From Planctomycetota bacterium (GTDB lineage Bacteria > Planctomycetota > UBA1135 > UBA2386): a stretch of DNA of 64,000 bases. Where the stretch lies: positions 2,752,001 through 2,816,000 of the forward strand of contig JBKAGP010000001.1 in the NCBI GenBank assembly GCA_046290465.1, in the 5' to 3' direction. Made by a program: the position numbers and the translations under genes. Shown piece by piece: positions 46,105 through 55,849 of the stretch; position 1 is the first letter of the stretch; every line of letters starts with the position of its first letter. The notes beneath the pieces are model-generated. The model did not search any database and had not been told where the DNA came from. It saw nothing but the letters and a program-made list of their open reading frames with translations.

Positions 46105-47717
46105 GCCTGCTGCTCGCCGACCTGCGGGCGCTGGCCAACCTGCCGACGACGGCGGTCGGCCGGCGGATCTCGGTCGGCATGGCGATCGGGCTGACGCTGC
46201 TCGGGCTGATGGCGTGGTGGCTGGCGACGTTCGTACTCGAACGGGTCGCGCTCGAGGCGTCCCCGACCGGCGCGTTCGGCTACGCGCTGATGACCTGCCC
46301 GATCGTCGCGACCTGGCTCGGCCTCGCGATCGGCCAGCGGCAGCTGTTCGAGACCCCGGAGCTGATGCTGTGGCGGCAGGCGCCGATCGCCGGCGCCCGC
46401 GGTTCGATGCAGATCTTCCTGCGCGCGGTGTTCGTGTCGACGCTGTGGTCGAGCGCGCTCGCCGGCCCGATGGTGGTCGCGCTGCTGCAGCAGGCCGGGG
46501 CCGCGCCGCTCGCGTACTGGCTGGTCGCGCCGGCGATCGTCGCGTGCACCGCGCCGCTGCTGGCGACGCTGCTCGGCGTGCAGATCGTGATGGTGCGGTT
46601 CTTCGCCGGCCGCTGGATGCGCCTGTTGCTGTCGGCGGTCGCGGCGCTGGCTTCGGTCGGCTTCACCATCTGGCTGCTGCTCAACCTGTTCACGACCGGC
46701 GCCGACCGCGTCGCCGAGGTCCGCGAGGCGGCGCGGTCGGGCGACCGGCTGCGCATGTCCGTGCGCGACGCCGCCGAGATGCTGGCGCAGGCCACCGACG
46801 GCACGCCACCGACGTCGTCGCTGCTGTGGGTCCTGGCGTGGATCGCCGCGGCGTTCGTCGGATTCGGCCTCGCGTCGCTGCTGCATCCGCGCGCGCACGA
46901 ACGCTACCTCGAGTCGGACCGGCCGCTGTGGCGGCGCAGCGGCCGGCGCTGGCCGACCTCGTTGGCCAGCAACGTGCGCAAGAAGGAGTTCGCCCAGGTG
47001 CTGCAGCAACCGGGTGCGTTGATCGGCTTCCTGGTGTTCGCGGTGCTGGTGTTCGCGCTGGCGCGCGAGCACGTGCTGGTCGACTCGATCCTGCGCCAGA
47101 CCCGCCTGCCGCGCGACGTGCGCACGATCGCGGCGCTGCTGACCTGGTGGTTCCTCGCCGTGCTGCTGGTGCTCTACACGCACATGGGTCGGCTGGCGCT
47201 GTGGGACGGTTCGCAGTGGCCGCTCTACATGGGTTCGCCCGAACGGCCCGGCGCGATCCTGCGCGGCAAGCTGCAGGCGATCGCGACGTTCTTGCTGTGG
47301 CCGCTGCTGCTGGTCGCCGTCGTCGGCGTGCAGATGATCGGCGCCAGCGCGCGTGAGGTCGCGTGGTTCGTCGGCTTCGCGCTCGCCGGCACGCTCGGCG
47401 CGCTCGGCGTCGTCGCCGTGATCGGCACCTGGCCGCGGCTGATGCGGCCGGACGCCGAAGGCCAGATCATGCAGGGCGGCAAGAGCTTCCTCGCCGCGAT
47501 GGTGATGGTGACGACGTTCCAGGTCACGATGATCCCGGCCATCCTGTTCTGGTCGTGGTTGACGCGCTACGTCCGCCGCCACCCCCTGCCCGATGCCGAG
47601 GTCGCCGAACACCTGCCGACGCTGCTCGCCGGCGCGTTCGGCTACGGCCTGCTGATCGCCCTGACCGGCACCTGGCTCGGCAGCCGCAACTACCGCACGC
47701 TGCTGGCCCCGCGATAG
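46101..47717 (+). CDS. Putative ABC exporter permease
   Basis: About 12 TMs; ATGA coupling to the ATPase gene. Confidence 0.8.
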   Translation: MSLLLADLRALANLPTTAVGRRISVGMAIGLTLLGLMAWWLATFVLERVALEASPTGAFGYALMTCPIVATWLGLAIGQRQLFETPELMLWRQAPIAGARGSMQIFLRAVFVSTLWSSALAGPMVVALLQQAGAAPLAYWLVAPAIVACTAPLLATLLGVQIVMVRFFAGRWMRLLLSAVAALASVGFTIWLLLNLFTTGADRVAEVREAARSGDRLRMSVRDAAEMLAQATDGTPPTSSLLWVLAWIAAAFVGFGLASLLHPRAHERYLESDRPLWRRSGRRWPTSLASNVRKKEFAQVLQQPGALIGFLVFAVLVFALAREHVLVDSILRQTRLPRDVRTIAALLTWWFLAVLLVLYTHMGRLALWDGSQWPLYMGSPERPGAILRGKLQAIATFLLWPLLLVAVVGVQMIGASAREVAWFVGFALAGTLGALGVVAVIGTWPRLMRPDAEGQIMQGGKSFLAAMVMVTTFQVTMIPAILFWSWLTRYVRRHPLPDAEVAEHLPTLLAGAFGYGLLIALTGTWLGSRNYRTLLAPR

Positions 47718-48120
47718 CGGGCAAAGCCCCGTCCGCACGCGTACACGCCGCTTCCGCGATCACGGTTGGCAGCGCGTCCACTGCATGGACGCGCTCCTAG
47801 CGGGCAAAGCCCCGTCCGCACGCGTACACGCCGCTTCCGCGATCACGGTTGGCAGCGCGTCCACTGCATGGACGCGCTCCTAGCGGGCAAAGCCCCGTCC
47901 GCACGCGTACACGCCGCTTCCGCGATCACGGTTGGCAGCGCGTCCACTGCATGGACGCGCTCCTAGCGGGCAAAGCCCCGTCCGCACGCGTACACGCCGC
48001 TTCCGCGATCACGGTTGGCAGCGCGTCCACTACATGGACGCGCTCCTAGCGGGCAAAGCCCCGTCCGCACGCGTACACGCCGCTTCCGCGATCACGGTTG
48101 GCAGCGCGTCCACTACATGG
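47715..48120 (+). repeat. Tandem array of the 83-bp element (4 full units plus a 74-bp partial)
   Basis: Units begin with TAG at 47715, 47798, 47881, 47964 and 48047; identical except loop CTGCA (units 1-3) vs CTACA (units 4-5). Confidence 0.97.
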
Positions 48121-48146
48121 GCGGGTCGGGCCGCGAGCGCGATGGC

Positions 48147-48845
48147 CTACCGGATCATCTGCCACGGGAAGGCGGGCAGGAACGGCAGCTTGACCTGGGG
48201 CGGCCAGAGGTCGATGCCGAGGGTCAGGCCGACCAGGTGCAGTTCGACGCCCTCCTGCAGCCCGACCTGCACGCCGACGTACGGCGTTTCCAGTTCGAGG
48301 CCGGTGCGGGTCGTGCTCACGCCGGCGCGGACCCAGCCGTTGATCGGGTAGTCCTTGCCGACCGCGGTGCCGTACTGCTCGACCCAGAGCCCGGGCACCT
48401 GGTGGCTCAGCCACTCGACGAACGTGTTGCTGTTGGGGCCCGGCCACGGCTCGTAGCCGTTGGCGTGCGGAAAGCCCGGCGCCTTGTCGATCATCACCGG
48501 CACCATCGCGCGCGCGGCCTCGCCGGTGTAGGTGGCGAGCACGTGCACCTCGCGGCCGTCGAACCGTTCGTCGCTGCGGGCTTGTTCGGCGTCGATCTCG
48601 CGCATGCGCACGCCGGTGCTGCGGCCGAGGATCTCGATGCGGATCCAGCTGCTGCCGTCGTAGACGTCGTACCAGCCATGCTCGGCGAACTGCGAGTACC
48701 ACGGCATCCATGGCGGCAGCCGCGCCGACTTGCAGGTGACGATGCAGCCGACGTCACGCGGCAGCTCCGACGGCAGCGTCGCGCACGCCGTCGGCAGCAG
48801 TGCGAGGACCAACGGCGCGATCCACGCCCATGTCTTGTCCACCAT
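48147..48845 (-). CDS. DUF3750-like lipoprotein
   Basis: Y.PWPGPNSNTFV.W, AVGKDY, G..EGVE...GL..GID motifs. Confidence 0.78.
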   Translation of the reverse strand: MVDKTWAWIAPLVLALLPTACATLPSELPRDVGCIVTCKSARLPPWMPWYSQFAEHGWYDVYDGSSWIRIEILGRSTGVRMREIDAEQARSDERFDGREVHVLATYTGEAARAMVPVMIDKAPGFPHANGYEPWPGPNSNTFVEWLSHQVPGLWVEQYGTAVGKDYPINGWVRAGVSTTRTGLELETPYVGVQVGLQEGVELHLVGLTLGIDLWPPQVKLPFLPAFPWQMIR

Positions 48846-48854
48846 GCGCGCAAG

Positions 48855-49535
48855 CTACACCGGCAGCGGCTTCGCCGCCTCGACGTCGATCGGTCGCGTC
48901 GCCAGCACCGAGACCGGCGGGCCCTCGAGCGTCGTGCCGAGCAACCGCGCCATGTCGCAACGCTCGAGTTCGAGTTCGGCCTCGCACAGCTGCCACGGCT
49001 CGTGCGCGACGTCGCCGCGCAACAACCGCCCCCGCCGCAGCGCGAACAGGCTGTAGCGCTCGACCAGGAACTGCTCGAGCGAGCCCGCCGCCGCCTGGCG
49101 CGGCTGCCCCACCGGCCGCCAGCTGGCGACGAACTCGGCCGGCGGCGCCCGACGGTCCGTCCGGCGGCTGCGGTAGACGATCCGCTCGCCGTCGCGACGG
49201 CTCGCCATGTCGGCGACGAAGTAGGGCAGCCCGAAGCCGAGGCGCGCGCCTTCGACCGCCAGCCGGCTGTGCGCGTCGAGGCTGAAGAACCAGACCCCGG
49301 CCCGATCGCCGCAGCGCACGTAGGTGCGCAGGTTGCACTCGGGAAACCGGCTGGCGGTCGGCATCGGCGGCAACCAGCGGAACCGCGTCGCCGCCATCGT
49401 GAACGGCACCACCCCGAGCCAGGCCCGCCCGTCGAACGTGTCGAGCTCGAGGCCGTCGGGCAGGTGCGGCTGCACCACGGCCGGTTCGACCGCCCAGTGC
49501 AGGAACAGGAGATCTTCCCACCGCATCTTCAGCAT
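48855..49535 (-). CDS. DUF2071 (YqjF) family protein
   Basis: W.DLLFLHW, LDTFDG.AW.GVVPF, F.E.N.RTYV, G.WFFSLDA and FL.ERY motifs. Confidence 0.9.
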   Translation of the reverse strand: MLKMRWEDLLFLHWAVEPAVVQPHLPDGLELDTFDGRAWLGVVPFTMAATRFRWLPPMPTASRFPECNLRTYVRCGDRAGVWFFSLDAHSRLAVEGARLGFGLPYFVADMASRRDGERIVYRSRRTDRRAPPAEFVASWRPVGQPRQAAAGSLEQFLVERYSLFALRRGRLLRGDVAHEPWQLCEAELELERCDMARLLGTTLEGPPVSVLATRPIDVEAAKPLPV

Positions 49536-49573
49536 CGCGAAACCCCCAACGCCGGCGCTGCTACCATCCTTTC

Positions 49574-50836
49574 ATGATGCGTCTGCTGCCGATCCTGCCG
49601 TGCCTGCTGGCGCTCGGCACGCCGTCCCGCGGTGTCGCCCAGGACGACGTGCGCGACCGGGTCACGCTGGCGACCGGCAAGGTCGTCGAAGGCCGCGTCG
49701 CGACCCCGTTTGCGCTCGACGAGCTGCTGATCCTGACCGGCGGCAAGCGCACCCGCGTGCCGATCGACAAGGTCGCCGAACTCGACACGGTCGCCGCCAA
49801 GGTGGTCGCGTTCTTCGAGCGCCGCCACCGCCACCAGAACTCGCGCCGCGCGCTGCGCTACCTGGTCGACTGGGCCGACGACCACGACCTGCCCGGCCTG
49901 GCGAGGCTGCAGGCGATGGAGCTGGTCCTGCAGGATGACGGCGACGAGCGCATGCACGAGTTCCTCGGCCACCGGCAGCGCGGCAAGCAGTGGCAGTGGC
50001 CGGTCGGCAGCCGCTGGCTGACGCGCGACAAGCTGGCCGAGTCGCTCAGCAAGAAGCCGATGCGCCTGCACGGCGAACGGTTCGCGCTGACCTGCGACGC
50101 CGGCCTGCTGACCAACGTGCGCGCGCTGTTCGACCTCGAATACCTGGCCGTCGTCTGGTTCGAGCGCTTCGGCAAGGACCTCGACCTGCACGAGGTGCTC
50201 GACCCGATCGAGGTGCGCACGTTCCGCAACGTCGACGAGTTCCCCAAGTGGGGCTTCCGTCCGCGCCCGTACTTCGAGCCGCCGCCGCACAGCGACGTCG
50301 GCCGCACGTTCTACTCGGGGCCCGCCCCCGAACGTCCCGACGACCTGTTCTTCCTCGGCACGCAGGGGCTGCTCTACCGGACCATGATCGGCGAGGTCAA
50401 CCGGCAGAACAGCCGCGACCGCGTCTGCGCGTGGCTCGAGGTCGGCTTCGGCATGCACATGCAGAACGTCATGCAGGGCCCCGCCGGCTTCGCGACGCCC
50501 GGCGCGCCGCAGAAGCTCGACCTGGTGGCGCTGCGCGCGCTCGGCCGCGGCTACCGACTGACGCACCTGGTGCACCTGCCGATGTACGCGAGCTTCTACC
50601 TGACCGACGACACGTCGACGGCGACCAACTGGGCGGCGGCGACGATGTTCGTCACCTGGCTGCTCGACCCGAAGAACCCGCAGCAGACGCGCAGCGCGTT
50701 CTTCGCCTACACGCGCGCCGCGCTGCGCGATCGCATGGGCGACAGCAGCACCGCCTTCGACCGCATCATGGGCAAGCCGATCGAGCAGTTCGACGCGCCG
50801 TGGCACGCGTGGCTCAACCAGCTGGCACGCAACTGA
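49574..50836 (+). CDS. Hypothetical secreted protein
   Basis: Signal peptide; D.V.L.TG.VVEG N-terminal module; typical codon usage. Confidence 0.7.
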   Translation: MMRLLPILPCLLALGTPSRGVAQDDVRDRVTLATGKVVEGRVATPFALDELLILTGGKRTRVPIDKVAELDTVAAKVVAFFERRHRHQNSRRALRYLVDWADDHDLPGLARLQAMELVLQDDGDERMHEFLGHRQRGKQWQWPVGSRWLTRDKLAESLSKKPMRLHGERFALTCDAGLLTNVRALFDLEYLAVVWFERFGKDLDLHEVLDPIEVRTFRNVDEFPKWGFRPRPYFEPPPHSDVGRTFYSGPAPERPDDLFFLGTQGLLYRTMIGEVNRQNSRDRVCAWLEVGFGMHMQNVMQGPAGFATPGAPQKLDLVALRALGRGYRLTHLVHLPMYASFYLTDDTSTATNWAAATMFVTWLLDPKNPQQTRSAFFAYTRAALRDRMGDSSTAFDRIMGKPIEQFDAPWHAWLNQLARN

Positions 50837-50873
50837 ACGGCTGGCACGCTACGGAATGGGCGCGCCGACCGGT

Positions 50874-51344
50874 CTAACCCTCGGCCATCGCCTGCAGCGC
50901 GGCACCGTCCAGCCGGCAGGTGCGCCAGTCCGGCATGACCGTCGCGCCCTGACGCTGGTAGAAGTCGATCGCCAGCTGGTTCCAGTCGAGCACGTGCCAG
51001 TCGAGCCGCGGGCAGCCGCGCTCGATCGCCAGCTTCGCGAGCGCGCGCAGCAGCGCCAGACCGTGGCCGTTGCCGCGCTGGTCGGGATCGACGTAGAGGT
51101 CCTCGAGGAACACACACGGCTTGCACCAGAAGGTCGAGTAGCTGGTGAAGTGCAGCGCGAAGCCGACCGGCCGACCGGCCTGCTCGGCGATCAGCGCACC
51201 GCACACCGGCGCCGCACCGAACAGGTGCTCGGTCAGCCGCTCTTCGCTCAGGTCGAGTTCGTGCTCGAGCTTCTCGTAGCGGGCGAGGTCTCGGATGAAC
51301 CGCGCGATGTGCGCTTCGTCTCCACGGCGGGCGGGTCGGATCAT
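50874..51344 (-). CDS. GNAT N-acetyltransferase (diamine/SSAT-like)
   Basis: LARYEKL, YSTF, LEDLYV.P..RG.G.G and VLDWN..AIDFY motifs. Confidence 0.9.
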   Translation of the reverse strand: MIRPARRGDEAHIARFIRDLARYEKLEHELDLSEERLTEHLFGAAPVCGALIAEQAGRPVGFALHFTSYSTFWCKPCVFLEDLYVDPDQRGNGHGLALLRALAKLAIERGCPRLDWHVLDWNQLAIDFYQRQGATVMPDWRTCRLDGAALQAMAEG

Positions 51345-51439
51345 GCTGGCCGCGATGGTAGTGGCGAGGGTCCCGCCGGCGCGACCGCTTTGGCGTGGCA
51401 CCGACGGCGGCGCTCGGCGACGATCGGCGCGGAGCCACC

Positions 51440-52096
51440 ATGCCGAAGCGAGCCCCCGCCCCGAGATCCGACAACCTGGAAGCCGACGAACCAGAACCCG
51501 GCGACCCGTTCGACGCCGACTACTACCGCAGGTTCTACGGCGACGCCGCCACGCGCGTCAGCGACCAGCGCGAGATCGACCGCCTCGCGACCTTCGTGAA
51601 GGGCTACCTCGGCTACCTGCAGGTGCCGGTGCGCACGATCCTCGACATCGGCTGCGGGGTCGGCCACTGGCAGAAGGCCTGCCGCAAGCTGTGGCCCAAG
51701 GCGCGCTACCACGGCGTCGAGTACAGCCGCTACCTGTGCGATCGGTTCGGCTGGCACCACGGCTCGATCGCCACCCTGGACCCGGAACGGGAGCTCGCTC
51801 GCGCGACGTTCGACCTGGTCGTCTGCCAGGGCGTCATGCAATATCTCGACGACCGGACCGCAGCGGCGGCGCTCGCGAACCTCGGCCAGTGGACCGACGG
51901 CGCCCTCTACCTCGAAGCGCTGACCCGGCGCGACTGGGAGGAGAACTGCGATCGCTCGGTCACCGACGGCGAGGTTCACCTGCGCAGCGGTTCGTTCTAC
52001 CGACGGCGGCTGGGCAGAGACTTCCAGGACTGCGGCGGCGGCGTATTCTGCGCGCGCCGCGCGGACGTGGCGCTGTTCGAACTCGAGGGCGAATGA
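51440..52096 (+). CDS. Class I SAM-dependent methyltransferase
   Basis: ILDIGCGVG and FDLVVCQGVMQYL motifs. Confidence 0.87.
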   Translation: MPKRAPAPRSDNLEADEPEPGDPFDADYYRRFYGDAATRVSDQREIDRLATFVKGYLGYLQVPVRTILDIGCGVGHWQKACRKLWPKARYHGVEYSRYLCDRFGWHHGSIATLDPERELARATFDLVVCQGVMQYLDDRTAAAALANLGQWTDGALYLEALTRRDWEENCDRSVTDGEVHLRSGSFYRRRLGRDFQDCGGGVFCARRADVALFELEGE

Positions 52097-53961
52097 CGGG
52101 AATGGACTTCTTCGGACATCAGGATCAGGCCCGCAAGGCATCTGGCCGGCTCGTGTGGCTGTTCGTCGCCGCGGTGGTCTGCATCATCGCGCTGATCTAC
52201 CTGGCGGCGAAGCTGCTGCTGGTGGTCGCCAAGACCGGCGAACCGCAGCTGATCGACTGGCCGTTGCTCGGCATCGTCGCCGGCGGCGTCTGCGCGGTCG
52301 TGGTCGGCGCGATGCTGTTCAAGACCGCCCAGCTGCAGAGCGGCGGCGCCGCCGTCGCCGAGATGATGGGCGGCCGGCTGGTCGACCCGCACACGCGCGA
52401 CCCGCAGGAGCGCGTGCTGATGAACGTCGTCGAGGAGATGGCGATCGCGTCCGGGGTGCCGGTGCCCGACGTGTTCATCATGGACGGCGAAGCCGGCATC
52501 AACGCGTTCGCGGCCGGCTGGTCGACCAAGGACGCCGCCGTCGCCGTCACCCGCGGCAGCCTCGAGACGTTCAACCGCGACGAACTGCAGGGCGTCATCG
52601 CGCACGAGTTCAGCCACGTGTTCCACGGCGACATGCGGCTCAACATCCGCCTGATGGGCACGCTGTTCGGCATCATCTGCATCGCCGTGATCGGCCGCAT
52701 CCTGGCGCACACCGGCGGCGGCCGCCGCCGCGAGGGCCAGCACGTCGCGCTGTTCGGCATCGCGCTGATCGTGATCGGCTACGTCGGCGTGTTCTTCGCG
52801 CGGCTGATCCAGGCCGCGGTCTCGCGCCAGCGCGAATACCTCGCCGACGCCAGCGCCGTGCAGTACACGCGCAACCCCAAGGGCATCGGCATGGCGCTCG
52901 CCAAGATCGGCGGCCTGACCGGCAAGCTCGAGAACCCGCACGCCGAAGAGGCCAGCCACATGATGTTCGCCGAGGCGGTCTCGGGCCTCGGCGGCGGCAT
53001 GGCGACCCACCCGCCGATCGAAGAACGCGTCGAACGGGTGCTGCCCGGCTTCCTGAAGAACGTCGAGAGCAGCGGCTCGCTGCAGCAGGCGGTCGCCGAC
53101 ACGCCGGCGCCCGACCAGGTCGCCGGCGTCGCCGGCTTCGCCGGCTCGACCCCGCGCCGGATCGTCGACTCGGTCGGCGATCCGCAGCCCAAGCACGTCG
53201 CCGCCGCCCGCCAGCTGCTGAGCGACCTGCCGCTCGACCTCGGCGTCGCCGCCCACGAACCGGCCCGCGCGCCGGCGCTGGTCTACGCGCTGCTGCTCGA
53301 CGACGACGACCGCGAGCGCGACAAGCAGCTCGGCATGCTCGAGGACACGGGCGAGGAGACGAGGCACGACGCGCGCTCGTTCTACCGGGACGTCGCCGCG
53401 CTGCCGCGCACGATGCGGCTGCCGTTGATCGAGCTGGCGATGCCGGCGCTGCGTCGCATGAACGCCGACCAGCGCCGCGACCTGCGCCGTCGCGCCCGCG
53501 AGCTGGCGCTGGCCGACGACCACCTGTCGCCGTTCGAGTTCGCGCTGCTCAAGACCCTCGAACGGCACGTGCCCGACGAGGCGGCGCCGGTGCGCCGCCG
53601 CGGCGGCCGGCCGGAGGCGATGATCGACCACGTCGAGGACGCCAGCCTGGTGCTGTCGGTGATCGCGCACGCCGGCGCCGGCGGCGACGACGCCGAGGCG
53701 GCCGCCGCGTTCGCGCGCGGTTGCGAGGTGCTGGCGATGCCCGAGGCCCACCTGATCCCGGCCGCCGACGCGACCCCGCAGCAGCTCGACGTCGCGATCG
53801 ACGGGCTCGAGCGCGTGTCGCCGTTCGGCAAGCGCAACCTGATCCACGCCTGCGCCGAGGTCGCCGCCCACGACGGCCACCTCGACCCCGACGAGGTCGA
53901 TCTGGTGCGCGCGCTCGCCGAGCTGTGGGAGTGCCCGGTGCCACTGGCGGTTCCGGAGTAG
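52093..53961 (+). CDS. M48 family (HtpX-like) metalloprotease with TerB-like C-terminal extension
   Basis: NVVEEMAIASG, INAFAAG, AHEFSH, SRQREYLAD and THPP motifs; C-terminal A.HDG...E..L.R. Confidence 0.9.
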   Translation: MTGMDFFGHQDQARKASGRLVWLFVAAVVCIIALIYLAAKLLLVVAKTGEPQLIDWPLLGIVAGGVCAVVVGAMLFKTAQLQSGGAAVAEMMGGRLVDPHTRDPQERVLMNVVEEMAIASGVPVPDVFIMDGEAGINAFAAGWSTKDAAVAVTRGSLETFNRDELQGVIAHEFSHVFHGDMRLNIRLMGTLFGIICIAVIGRILAHTGGGRRREGQHVALFGIALIVIGYVGVFFARLIQAAVSRQREYLADASAVQYTRNPKGIGMALAKIGGLTGKLENPHAEEASHMMFAEAVSGLGGGMATHPPIEERVERVLPGFLKNVESSGSLQQAVADTPAPDQVAGVAGFAGSTPRRIVDSVGDPQPKHVAAARQLLSDLPLDLGVAAHEPARAPALVYALLLDDDDRERDKQLGMLEDTGEETRHDARSFYRDVAALPRTMRLPLIELAMPALRRMNADQRRDLRRRARELALADDHLSPFEFALLKTLERHVPDEAAPVRRRGGRPEAMIDHVEDASLVLSVIAHAGAGGDDAEAAAAFARGCEVLAMPEAHLIPAADATPQQLDVAIDGLERVSPFGKRNLIHACAEVAAHDGHLDPDEVDLVRALAELWECPVPLAVPE

Positions 53962-54056
53962 CGCCGGCCCGTCGGGCGCCTCATTGCGGGACAACCAGTA
54001 GTCCCGGACTGGAGTCCCCCCTGCTGCGGTCGATACGGACCCCGCAGGGAGGACCA

Positions 54057-54959
54057 ATGATCGCCGAGGCGACCAGGTGGACATGGGCCACGATCGGAGC
54101 ACCGATCGTCGTGGCTGCGGATGCCGGGACGGAAGTCCTCGGCCCGCTGACGAGCACGCTGCTGGCGTTCGCCGGCGGTTGTGTGCTCGGCGCCATCGCC
54201 GTGCACGTCGCCCATCGTCGTCGAATCGCCGCGCTCGAACGGGCGCTGCAGCAGCGCGACGAGCACCTGGCCCGGACCGCGCACGAGCTGCGCACGCCGC
54301 TGACCGCGATGATGAGCTCACTCGAGATCGTGCGGGACGGCCATGCGGGCACGCCGGAGGAGGCCGGCACGTTCCTCGCGGAGGCGGACCTCGCCGGCCG
54401 CCATCTGTCGCTACTGATCAACGACGTCGTCGACCAGGCGGCGTGCGCCGTCGGCCATCTGCGGCTCGAGCTGCGCGAACACCGGATCGGCGAACTGCTC
54501 CGCGACGCGCTGCGCATGCTGGGCATGCAGGCGGCGCGCAACCCGCTGGTGCTGCGGCTCAACGACCACGACGAATGCACCGTGCGCGCCGACGCACGCC
54601 GCACGCTGCAGGTGCTGTTCAACCTGGTCGGCAACGCCGTCAAGCACAGCGAACCGGGCGACGCGATCGAGATCGACGTCGTCGCCAACGGTCCCGAGCT
54701 GAGTGTGCGCGTGCTCGATCGCGGCACCGGGGTGCCCGACGCGGTGCGCGCACACCTGTTCGAGCCGTTCGCCGGCGACGACCAGCGGGCGCGCGCCGAC
54801 AGCACCGGCCTCGGCCTCTACATCTGCCGCAGCATCGTCGAACAGATGGGCGGCGCGATCGGCTTCCGCCCTCGCGACGGCCGCGGCAGCGAGTTCTGGT
54901 TCTCGCTGCCACAGGTCCTGCAACCGACCATTGCTTCGGCCCGGCCGCTGTCGCAATGA
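54057..54959 (+). CDS. Sensor histidine kinase
   Basis: GGAGG RBS; one TM; AHELRTPL, QVLFNLVGNAVK, DRGTG and GLGL boxes. Confidence 0.9.
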   Translation: MIAEATRWTWATIGAPIVVAADAGTEVLGPLTSTLLAFAGGCVLGAIAVHVAHRRRIAALERALQQRDEHLARTAHELRTPLTAMMSSLEIVRDGHAGTPEEAGTFLAEADLAGRHLSLLINDVVDQAACAVGHLRLELREHRIGELLRDALRMLGMQAARNPLVLRLNDHDECTVRADARRTLQVLFNLVGNAVKHSEPGDAIEIDVVANGPELSVRVLDRGTGVPDAVRAHLFEPFAGDDQRARADSTGLGLYICRSIVEQMGGAIGFRPRDGRGSEFWFSLPQVLQPTIASARPLSQ

Positions 54960-54966
54960 TGGCGGC

Positions 54967-55779
54967 ATGCACGAACGGACCGTCGCGACGCTCGCCGTCG
55001 CCCTGCTGAGCTGGACCACCCTGGCGACTGAGCCCGTCGCCCAGCAGCTGGAGCAGGCGCCCCGCGGTGACGAGGTGCGTAGACAAGGCGGGCAGAAGGG
55101 CGAAGCCCAGGACCCGGCCGACACCGCGACCAGGACGGCCACGTTCCGCAACTACAACCGCACCTACCAGCTGGAGCTGCCCGAGGGCTGGCGCCAGATC
55201 GCGCCCGGTGAGGCGGTGCGCATCGGCGAGGATCCCGGCGCCCCGGCCCTGCTGCGGCTGGCCTCACCGCGCAGCTTCTACGCCGTCGGCCCCGTCGACC
55301 AGTGGCTCGCCGGCGACTTTGGCGGCCCCTGGCTCTACGTCTTCGAGCAGCGCGACGAGTGGCACGTCGACGACGACTACGCCGCGACGCTGCGCGACCT
55401 GTGGCGGCAGCACGGCGAGACTAACGGCGTCGACCACCGCCTCCGGGACATCCATCTCGAGAAGATCGGAGCACAGCAGGTCGAATGCATCGTCGCCACC
55501 CGCACGAGCACGCCGAAGCCCCCGGCCGCGCCGTCGACCAGCCTGGACGTGCACGCCCCGACCGCGAAGCAGCAGATCTCGCTGTCGTTCGTGGCGCCGG
55601 TGCACGCGTTCGACCGATGGCAACCGGAGTTCCGCAAGTGGCTCGACACGCTGACGTTCGCCCGGACGGCCGCCGAACAGCAGTCGCTCGGCGACCGGCT
55701 GTGGACCCCGATGATCGCCGGCGGCGTGGTCGGGCTCGTGATGCTGGTGCTCTACCGCTACACGCGCTCCCGCCGTTGA
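54967..55779 (+). CDS. Hypothetical protein with signal peptide and C-terminal membrane anchor
   Basis: N-terminal signal; C-terminal TM followed by YRYTRSRR. Confidence 0.65.
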   Translation: MHERTVATLAVALLSWTTLATEPVAQQLEQAPRGDEVRRQGGQKGEAQDPADTATRTATFRNYNRTYQLELPEGWRQIAPGEAVRIGEDPGAPALLRLASPRSFYAVGPVDQWLAGDFGGPWLYVFEQRDEWHVDDDYAATLRDLWRQHGETNGVDHRLRDIHLEKIGAQQVECIVATRTSTPKPPAAPSTSLDVHAPTAKQQISLSFVAPVHAFDRWQPEFRKWLDTLTFARTAAEQQSLGDRLWTPMIAGGVVGLVMLVLYRYTRSRR

Positions 55780-55849
55780 GCCGCCGGCCCGCCGCGCTAC
55801 ACTGCCCGTCAGCCCGAGCCCACGGCTGCCCGTTACGACACCACCCGTT

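Noticed and set aside
47715..48120. CRISPR array interpretation of the 83-bp arrays (also 57455-57680 beside a Cas4-like gene)
   Set aside because: Whole units are near-identical with no unique spacers, a solo copy exists elsewhere, and no cas1/cas2 or effector genes are present.
47524..48351. Small ORFs such as MAARPLHGRAP... and MDALPTVIAE... repeated at 27.8k, 47-48k and 57k
   Set aside because: They are translations of the 83-bp repeat, whose length is not a multiple of 3.
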